DNA of 64,000 bases from an uncultured beta proteobacterium (lineage in GTDB: Bacteria > Pseudomonadota > Gammaproteobacteria > Burkholderiales > JACQAP01). Numbering within the stretch: position 1 is the first letter of the stretch; every line of letters starts with the position of its first letter. The stretch is from contig CAWBMN010000008.1 of NCBI GenBank assembly GCA_963789945.1, positions 131,144-195,143 of the forward strand, in the 5' to 3' direction. A program made the position numbers and the translations under genes. This document shows, piece by piece, positions 57,604-64,000 of the stretch. Below the pieces are notes generated by a model. That model was not told where the DNA came from. It saw only the letters and a program-made list of their open reading frames with translations, and ran no database searches.

Positions 57604-57927
57604 TCAACCCGGCGCGGCAACCGGCATGCCCTTGCCCACCCATGCATTCATTCCGCCTGCCAGGTTATAGACTTCCTGCCAGCCTTTGCCGCACAGAAAC
57701 CCGCTTGCCTGCGCGGAACGCGCTCCCGACTGGCAGTAGAACACCACCGCGCGCGCGCGATCGATCTCCTCGAACCGCGCAGACAGGAGGTGCAACGGGA
57801 TGTGCTGCGCACCAGGAATGACGCCGCGGCTAACTTCCTGGTCGGTGCGCACGTCCACCAGCACGACATCGCCGTGCTGTTTCATGTCGTGCAAACGCAG
57901 TGGGTCGATGGCGGCAAAGTTGCTCAT
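57604..57927 (-). CDS. single-domain rhodanese sulfurtransferase
   Basis: ATG at 57927. MSNFAAIDPLRL...VVFYCQSGARSAQA (active-site CxxxxR loop). 107 aa. Confidence 0.88.
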   Translation of the reverse strand: MSNFAAIDPLRLHDMKQHGDVVLVDVRTDQEVSRGVIPGAQHIPLHLLSARFEEIDRARAVVFYCQSGARSAQASGFLCGKGWQEVYNLAGGMNAWVGKGMPVAAPG

Positions 57928-57976
57928 ACGCGAAAACGGCGGGAACGTCCGGAATGATACCGCTTTGCCGCAATCC

Positions 57977-59272
57977 TCAGAAGATACTGATGTTGCGGTC
58001 GAGCAGCAGTTGCGACAGGCGTGTATTCGCCGCTTCCAGCCTTCCCACCAGAAGTTCGAGGAAAGCCGCATTGAAGGCGTGCTTGCAACTCTCGGTCGCC
58101 TGCGCGAGCGAATCGGCGCCGACTTCGATGATGGTGATGTCGTTGACCGATATGACGCTGGCTGTGCGCTGATACAGGCGCTTGCCGAGGTAGGCCATTT
58201 CCCCGAAACACTCGCCGGTGCGCAGGATGTTCAGCAGTTTGCCCTGCTTGGTGACCTTGACCTCGCCCGCGGCGATGACGTAGAACGCGGTGCCGACATC
58301 GCCTTCCTTGATCACAGAACTGTTGGGAGAATGACGCGCCCAGTTGGAGATGCGCAACACCTGCCAAAGATCGACGTCGTTGAATGTCCTGAAGAACTCA
58401 AGCCGGCGCAGCGTATTGAACTTTTCCGCTTCCGGGACGACTTCCTCCGGCTTCTGCAGGTTGTTGAAGGTGTCGGCGAGCGCCTGGGAAAACTCCTCCC
58501 AGGTCTGAAATCGCTTGGCGAGTTCCTTTTCCAGCGCGCGCCGCACGATGGCGTCTACGGCGGGCGGGATCTCCGGACGCAGCATGCTGGGCGGAGGCAC
58601 ATCGACGTGAATGATCTGATAGACCATGCTGTAGTTGTTGGTGCCCTTGAACGGCAGGGCCCCGGTGAGCATCTGGTACATCACCACGCCCAGCGAAAAA
58701 ATATCGGTCTGGTGGTTGAGAGCAAGTTCCTGAAGTTGCTCAGGCGACATATAGGCGGGAGAACCGATTCCTGACACCTGAGTGGTCTCCGCTGCAATCG
58801 TGAGCGCGGCTCCGAAGTCGGATATCTTGATGTCGGTTTCGCCTGTGAGCAGGATGTTCGCCGGCTTGATGTCACGGTGAATGATGCCGTGGCGATGCGC
58901 GTAATCGAGCGCCTTGCAGCATTTGAAAATGATCTCGATCACCTGGCTGACCGACAGCAGGGTTTCGGGCTGCGTGAAGGGCTCGAGGGTGCCGCCCTCG
59001 ACAAATTCCATCACCAGGTAACTGCCCTGCTCGTCCGCGACCGCGTCAAAGATGGAAACGATGTGGGGATGCGAGAGCTTCCCGGCGAGCGATGCCTCGG
59101 TCAGAAACAGCTTGTGAAAGCGCTTGCCGTAGTCCTTGTCGCCGAGGGCTTCCGCGCGCACCAGCTTGATGGCAACCTGGCGGTTGGCAAATGCGTCGTT
59201 GGCCAGATAAACGGCACTGGTCGCGCCCCTGCCGAGCTCTCTGATGATCTCGTATTTGCCGATCTTTTCCAT
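57977..59272 (-). CDS. Hanks-type Ser/Thr protein kinase with a C-terminal cyclic-nucleotide-binding domain (paralogue of 43125-44411)
   Basis: GRGATSAV, VAIK, HRDIKPANIL, DFG and SPAYMSPEQ. The C-terminal CAP_ED has a canonical FGEMAYL...RTASV cassette. Confidence 0.88.
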   Translation of the reverse strand: MEKIGKYEIIRELGRGATSAVYLANDAFANRQVAIKLVRAEALGDKDYGKRFHKLFLTEASLAGKLSHPHIVSIFDAVADEQGSYLVMEFVEGGTLEPFTQPETLLSVSQVIEIIFKCCKALDYAHRHGIIHRDIKPANILLTGETDIKISDFGAALTIAAETTQVSGIGSPAYMSPEQLQELALNHQTDIFSLGVVMYQMLTGALPFKGTNNYSMVYQIIHVDVPPPSMLRPEIPPAVDAIVRRALEKELAKRFQTWEEFSQALADTFNNLQKPEEVVPEAEKFNTLRRLEFFRTFNDVDLWQVLRISNWARHSPNSSVIKEGDVGTAFYVIAAGEVKVTKQGKLLNILRTGECFGEMAYLGKRLYQRTASVISVNDITIIEVGADSLAQATESCKHAFNAAFLELLVGRLEAANTRLSQLLLDRNISIF

Positions 59273-59326
59273 GATCGCTGTGCCGGCACCCCTCGCAGCC
59301 GAGCGGACGTACGTCGATATGATAGG

Positions 59327-59369
59327 AAATTCAAGGCTATAAGGCGAGATTATTGAGTAAATTCAAGGC
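59327..59369. promoter_or_regulatory. two direct copies of AAATTCAAGGC, 32 bp apart, upstream of the second kinase gene
   Basis: Exact 11-mers at 59327-59337 and 59359-59369. On the gene strand this reads GCCTTGAATTT x2, and the distal copy fits TTGAAT-18 nt-TTATAG. Confidence 0.3.
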
Positions 59370-59446
59370 AACTGCCCGAACCGCGGACAACAACCAGGCA
59401 TAGCAGGGGTTCCGGCCCGGCAAGGGATTCGCAAAAAAACCGTGTG

Positions 59447-60874
59447 TCAGGGGCGACGACGCCCTTCCGTGTCAATCGCCACCAGTTCCTTGAGGCGCGC
59501 CTCGACACTGGACTTCTGATAGAAGTCGCCGTCGCCGGCACGTTGCGCGAGCTGCAGTTGTTCGATTGCGGCGGGAAGGTTTCCGTGCAGTACGTAGGCC
59601 TCGGCCTGCGCGCGGTGCTGCAGCAGGCGCTTCCCCAGTGCGGTGTAGCCGCGAGATTGCAGCTCGTACAAGCGCGCGTCGGGGGACCGGGTCTCGAGCC
59701 TGACGGACAGGAAATCGACCGCTTCCGCAGCGCGCTTGGCATCGAGCAAGGCGTTGGCGTACCCATAAATCAGCGCGCGCCGGCTGGGATGGGCACGCAG
59801 GCCGTCGCGATAGGCCGCCAGTCCCTTCTCGGTCTCGCCGCCGCCGATCAGGGTTTGCGCAGTCAGGGCATCGATCATGGGAGATTTCGCATTGAGGGCC
59901 TGCAACAGGGCGACCTCCTTTCTGGCGCGCGCAAAATCGCCCGCGCGCAATAGCGCCACTACCAATCCGTAGCGGGCCGCCGCCTCGTTGGTGAACTTCC
60001 GGCCGGACAGCATGTCGTCGAAGGTCGTGACCGCTACGCGCGGATTGCCCTCGAGCGCCGCCAGCCGCGCGCGCACCAGATGGAACTCCAGGCTGTCGGG
60101 CACCTGCCTGAACGGGACGCCCTCGATGCGGCTCTGCACGTCCGCGATGCGCTCGAAAGTAAGTGGATGTGTGCGCAGATAGGCCGGCGCGCCGGTTTCA
60201 TATACTCGCGAAGCCTTCTGCAGGCGCTCGAAGAACACCGGCATCGCATGCACGTCGAAGCCCGACTTGTCCATGACCTGTAAACCGATGCGGTCGGCCT
60301 CGCGTTCATGCTCGCGGGTGAAGTTGAGCGACGATTGGATCGCACCGGCTTGCGCCGCCGTGATCGCCGCCGCGGAGACGTCCGGATTCGAGCGCGCCGC
60401 GAGAATCGCGACCGCCAGCGCCGCCATCGACGCAAGTCCGGCGCGCTGCTGTGCCGCGACCATCCGGGCAAGGTGTCGCTGGGTGACGTGCGCAATTTCA
60501 TGGGAGAGCACACTGGCGAGTTCGGATTCGCTCTGCGCGCTGAGCAACAAGCCCGAGTGCACGCCGATAAATCCACCTGGCAGGGCGAACGCGTTGACGG
60601 AGTTGTCGGCGATTCCGAAAAATTCGAACGGACCCCCCGGATCCGGACTGTTGCTAATCAGCCGATAGCCAATGGCGTTCAGATAGTCGTTAATGTCGGG
60701 ATCTTCGACATACGCGGCATTGGCGCGGATCTGGGTCATGATGCGCTCGCCGAGTTTGCGCTCTTGAACCGGGGAGAGCGCGCCCTGGGACACATCGCCC
60801 AGGTCGGGCAATTCGTCGGCGAGAGCAAGTGCGGAGCCAAGCAGGACCAGAGCGATCACTTTGCGAAATTTCAT
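59447..60874 (-). CDS. bepA: M48-family metalloprotease with TPR domain (BepA/YfgC-like)
   Basis: ATG at 60874. Signal peptide MKFRKVIALVLLGSALALA. HEIAHV zinc motif. C-terminal TPR repeats. 475 aa. Confidence 0.88.
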   Translation of the reverse strand: MKFRKVIALVLLGSALALADELPDLGDVSQGALSPVQERKLGERIMTQIRANAAYVEDPDINDYLNAIGYRLISNSPDPGGPFEFFGIADNSVNAFALPGGFIGVHSGLLLSAQSESELASVLSHEIAHVTQRHLARMVAAQQRAGLASMAALAVAILAARSNPDVSAAAITAAQAGAIQSSLNFTREHEREADRIGLQVMDKSGFDVHAMPVFFERLQKASRVYETGAPAYLRTHPLTFERIADVQSRIEGVPFRQVPDSLEFHLVRARLAALEGNPRVAVTTFDDMLSGRKFTNEAAARYGLVVALLRAGDFARARKEVALLQALNAKSPMIDALTAQTLIGGGETEKGLAAYRDGLRAHPSRRALIYGYANALLDAKRAAEAVDFLSVRLETRSPDARLYELQSRGYTALGKRLLQHRAQAEAYVLHGNLPAAIEQLQLAQRAGDGDFYQKSSVEARLKELVAIDTEGRRRP

Positions 60875-60950
60875 GATGCTATGATAGCGCCACCTACCAT
60901 CTAGTTCACCGGTCGCGTGACGGCCGTAAACTAAGCAGACGGATTCCGGT

Positions 60951-61439
60951 TTGGGCGAACTCACACATTTCGATTCCCGCGGTCAGGCGCACATGGTCGA
61001 TGTGGCCGAAAAGCAGGAAACCCACAGAGTGGCTATCGCTGCCGGCAGGATTTTCATGCGTGCTGACACACTGCAGAAGATCGTCGAAGGCAGCGCGGCC
61101 AAGGGCGATGTGCTTGGCGTGGCACGGATCGCGGCAATCCAGGGGTCGAAGCACACTTCGTCGCTGATCCCGTTGTGCCACCCGATCGCGCTCACCAGGA
61201 TGAGCGTGGACTTCGAAGTGCATCGCGACGAAAATTCGGTGGAATGCATCGCCGTTGCCGAAACGGTCGGACGCACCGGCGTGGAAATGGAAGCGCTCAC
61301 GGCGGTCAGTGTCGGGCTGCTCACGGTCTACGACATGTGCAAATCCATGGACCGGGGCATGCGCATCGAAGGCGTCGGACTGTGCGAGAAGCGCGGCGGC
61401 AAATCCGGACACTGGATTGCCGGAACCGACAGCACGTGA
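60951..61439 (+). CDS. moaC: cyclic pyranopterin monophosphate synthase accessory/MoaC
   Basis: TTG start, 162 aa. [15 protein letters not shown]...IPLCHPI... Confidence 0.9.
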   Translation: MGELTHFDSRGQAHMVDVAEKQETHRVAIAAGRIFMRADTLQKIVEGSAAKGDVLGVARIAAIQGSKHTSSLIPLCHPIALTRMSVDFEVHRDENSVECIAVAETVGRTGVEMEALTAVSVGLLTVYDMCKSMDRGMRIEGVGLCEKRGGKSGHWIAGTDST

Positions 61440-61498
61440 GTTTGCAAGAACCGGCACGCTCCGGGTCGATCCTGACTGTGGAGCGCGGTGGCCGCACG

Positions 61499-61861
61499 TT
61501 GAAATTCAGGCTGGCTGTCGTACTGCTCATCGGTGGTTCGTTTCTCAATTCGATGCCGTCGGTCCGGGCGGATGATGCAGCGAATGCCGCAGCCGGGCGA
61601 TTGCTCGCTTTCGAGATCGCCAAGGGCAACTGTCTCGCCTGCCACCAGTTTCCGGGAGATTCCGGGGCGAATACGCTGGCGAACATCGGCCCGCCTCTGC
61701 TGGCCATCCGTTCCAGGTATCCAGACCGCACTCAGTTGCGCGGCCGCCTTTGGGATCCGATGCTGAGCAATCCGAACACGGTGATGCCGCCGTTCGGCAA
61801 GCACAAAATCCTGAGCGGAGACGAAATCGAACTGATCATCGATTACCTTTATACGCAGTGA
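61499..61861 (+). CDS. soxX: sulfur-oxidation c-type cytochrome SoxX
   Basis: TTG at 61499 (alternative GTG at 61478). Signal peptide, heme motif CLACH, and a ...MPPFGKHKILS...IDYLY tail. Confidence 0.85.
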   Translation: MKFRLAVVLLIGGSFLNSMPSVRADDAANAAAGRLLAFEIAKGNCLACHQFPGDSGANTLANIGPPLLAIRSRYPDRTQLRGRLWDPMLSNPNTVMPPFGKHKILSGDEIELIIDYLYTQ

Positions 61862-61881
61862 AACCCCGGAAAAACGAAAGC

Positions 61882-62340
61882 ATGAAGACTCGAGCGATGC
61901 GCAGGTCTGTGCTGCGAAACGTCGCAGTGGTGCTTACAGCGGCGATGTTGCGGCCGCTGCAACTGCTTGCAGGCCCCTGGAACAAAGCCGCATTCGACGC
62001 CAAGGCAGTAGCCGACGCGCTCAAGGGCATTGGCGCCACCGCGACGGAAGACAGCGACAGAATCGTGTTGAAAGCCCCGGAAATCGCCGAGAACGGAGCC
62101 ATCGTTCCGCTGGAAGTCGCCAGCGAAATACCCGGCACTCAGGCGATTTACATTCTGGTGGACAAGAATCCGCAGCCGCTCACCGCGGTTTTCGAATTTG
62201 CCAATGGGGCGGAAGCATTCGTGGCCACCCGCATAAAAATGGCGGAATCGTCCAGAATACGGATCATCGCAAGGGCAGGCGGCAAGTTCTACATCACGAT
62301 GCGTGAAGTCAAAGTCACAATCGGCGGTTGCGGCGCCTGA
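61882..62340 (+). CDS. soxY: thiosulfate-oxidation carrier protein SoxY
   Basis: ATG at 61882. Tat-like MKTRAMRRSVL. C-terminal VKVTIGGCGA swinging-arm Cys. Confidence 0.92.
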   Translation: MKTRAMRRSVLRNVAVVLTAAMLRPLQLLAGPWNKAAFDAKAVADALKGIGATATEDSDRIVLKAPEIAENGAIVPLEVASEIPGTQAIYILVDKNPQPLTAVFEFANGAEAFVATRIKMAESSRIRIIARAGGKFYITMREVKVTIGGCGA

Positions 62341-62367
62341 GGCCGGAACATTAGAGGGAAACACTAG

Positions 62368-62682
62368 ATGGCCGATCCGATGAAAATTCGCGCGCAGCTG
62401 AAGGGCGACGTGGCGGATGTGAAGATACTGATTTTCCATCCGATGGAGACCGGGCTGCGCAAGGATGGCGTCACCGGTAAGCTGGTGCCCATCCATTTCA
62501 TTCAGACTCTCACCGCCACGCATAACGGCAAGACCGTGCTCGAGGCGCAGTGGAGCCAGGCGGTGTCAAAGAATCCATTCCTGAATTTCCGTGTGCGTGG
62601 AGCAAAATCCGGCGACAGGATCATGGTGGGCTGGGTGGACAACCGGGGCGAAAAGGCGAGCATTGAGGCCACGCTCAACTGA
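62368..62682 (+). CDS. soxZ: thiosulfate-oxidation carrier complex protein SoxZ
   Basis: 104 aa, MADPMKIRAQLKGDVADVKILIFHPMETG... Confidence 0.92.
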   Translation: MADPMKIRAQLKGDVADVKILIFHPMETGLRKDGVTGKLVPIHFIQTLTATHNGKTVLEAQWSQAVSKNPFLNFRVRGAKSGDRIMVGWVDNRGEKASIEATLN

Positions 62683-62787
62683 GCCTTCTGGCGTGAACCT
62701 GGTGTCCTGTTGCGTTAATTCGCGGGTTTCCCGATCGAAAATGGACTGTTGTCAACTATATATGAGGCCTGACTTCCACAATTCGCA

Positions 62788-63657
62788 ATGGGTCCCGCGA
62801 ATCTGCGGAGCGGCTTTCCGGGACTGCCCGTGAACAGAATTCTCGTGGCAGCCGGCTTTCTGGCGTGCTTGTCGACGGCACAGGCTCTCGCCGGTCCGGA
62901 TCAGGATCGTGCCTCGATGATCGACCTTTTCAAGGATAAGTTCCCCGGATTGGCACTGGACGAGTATGTCAATGGCGCCCTGATGCTGAGCCCGGATGCC
63001 AAAGCGCAGTTCGACAGCATCATGGAGTTTCCGCCATTCCAGGGGGAGATCGACAAAGGCAGAATATTGTGGGAGAAGCCCTTCGCGAACGGCCGTACTT
63101 TCTCCGGCTGCTTCCCCGACGGCGGCCGCAATGTCGCCGGTAATTTTCCTTATTTCGAAGCAGCATCTGACAGGGTCGTGACCTTCGAGATGGCGATCAA
63201 CCGCTGCCTGCGGGAAAACCGCGAACGTGAATTCGGATACGGAGACAGGGAAACGATGGGCGTGCTGACCGCATATGCACGCACGCTCTCGGACGGCATG
63301 CGGGTGAATGTCGTGGTGAACGGCCCCGCTGCGCAACAGCATTACCAGGCCGGCCGCGAACTCTATACCCGCCGCATCGGCCAGCTCAATCTAGCCTGCG
63401 CCTCGTGTCACGTCAGCTACGCTGGCAGTTATTTCCGCGACGAGATCATCTCGCCCGCCATCGGGCAGACAACGCATTTCCCGGTATTTCGCGCCGGGGA
63501 CTTCCTGCACACGTTGCACATGCGCTACCAGCGTTGCATGGAGGCGATGCGCGCGGTTCCGTTTCCCGCCGGAAGCCAGGAATTGAACAACCTGGAGTAT
63601 TTCCACTCCTACCTCAGCAACGGCCTGCCAATGCGTGCGTCGGTGTACCGCAAGTAG
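62788..63657 (+). CDS. soxA: L-cysteine S-thiosulfotransferase subunit SoxA (monoheme type)
   Basis: Heme motif CASCH and the conserved RYQRCMEA Cys. The start is ATG 62788 or GTG 62830, before the signal peptide VNRILVAAGFLACLSTAQALA. Confidence 0.9.
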   Translation: MGPANLRSGFPGLPVNRILVAAGFLACLSTAQALAGPDQDRASMIDLFKDKFPGLALDEYVNGALMLSPDAKAQFDSIMEFPPFQGEIDKGRILWEKPFANGRTFSGCFPDGGRNVAGNFPYFEAASDRVVTFEMAINRCLRENREREFGYGDRETMGVLTAYARTLSDGMRVNVVVNGPAAQQHYQAGRELYTRRIGQLNLACASCHVSYAGSYFRDEIISPAIGQTTHFPVFRAGDFLHTLHMRYQRCMEAMRAVPFPAGSQELNNLEYFHSYLSNGLPMRASVYRK

Positions 63658-63667
63658 GGCGCGAACG

Positions 63668-64000
63668 CTACCAATCGGCGAAGCGTCCGTACTGCCAGAA
63701 ATGCGGATGGCGTAATTGCAGGTTGCCGGGCATGGGATTGACGACGTCCACGTACTCGAACGCAAGTATTGTCGTCGTGCACATTGCCAGCATGGCAATG
63801 CCGACCAGTACTAGTTTCTCCGATCGCCAGCGGCCCTCGCCTTCGTCTACCGGCCCCGTTGCCTGAGTCCGTCCCACCAGCCAGCCGGCGATCACAAACA
63901 GGAGAATCTGGCTGTGCGGCATGATGAGGTTGCCGCTGAACAGCGAATCCGTGAGTCCCATCACCAGCGCTGCGCACAGACTCGTTGTCGCCGGATTTGC
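63668..64000 (-). CDS. hypothetical membrane protein, 3' part (gene enters from the right edge)
   Basis: The reverse frame is open from 64000 with hydrophobic segments (ILLFVIAGWLVG, LVLVGIAMLAM) and a stop at 63668-63670. No family recognised. Confidence 0.4.
   Translation of the reverse strand, partial: ANPATTSLCAALVMGLTDSLFSGNLIMPHSQILLFVIAGWLVGRTQATGPVDEGEGRWRSEKLVLVGIAMLAMCTTTILAFEYVDVVNPMPGNLQLRHPHFWQYGRFADW

Overview
GC-rich proteobacterial chromosome segment. The gene content looks like a betaproteobacterial sulfur oxidiser (soxXYZA, rhd-tusA, petABC-sspAB, regBA); that placement is inference only. Left to right: psd (partial), ilvC-ilvH-ilvI, an IMPase-family gene, a thioredoxin-like gene, rsmE, an SDR, argA, yggX. 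A polyphosphate block follows (ppk1, CYTH-CHAD, sixA, two-domain ppk2). Then comes a ~16.6 kb copper/silver block: a CzcI-like ORF, a lipoprotein, an orphan TolC-like OMF, a multicopper oxidase, cusF, a CPH-type copB, a membrane ORF, an MFS-MBL-GDCCVxC operon, a small Cys-rich ORF, cusC, cusB fused to a CusF domain, a heavily frameshifted cusA, and an orphan bufferin-like precursor. After that: ppx, phoU, rpiA, ilvA, slt, an NDUFA9-like gene, gst, cca, an EF-hand protein, DUF2905, gst, a Ser/Thr kinase fused to a cNMP-binding domain, a UPF0016 transporter, a CWC protein, uspA, terC, sucDC, an OMP, regBA, tRNA-Thr, sspBA, petCBA, osmC, coq7, tusA, a rhodanese, a second kinase-cNMP paralogue, bepA, moaC and soxXYZA. 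No CRISPR array, transposase, integrase or rRNA was seen. Main signals for a second look: (1) about 22 small, insertion-biased indels confined to cusA, plus single-base insertions in ilvA, sucC and the GDCCVxC gene, which probably reflect consensus quality but need checking; (2) a family of intergenic inverted-repeat elements whose arms are arrays of short direct repeats (CACGAAG, TGACGAG, GGGGTGA), including two copies with near-identical 33-34 nt termini and unrelated cores; (3) a six-Cys bufferin-type precursor with no MNIO partner in the window; (4) ppk1 has no canonical start codon upstream of its conserved N-terminus, and an SD-ATT lies there; (5) two paralogous Hanks kinases with C-terminal cNMP-binding domains. 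I did not recognise a clear-cut novel multi-gene system.
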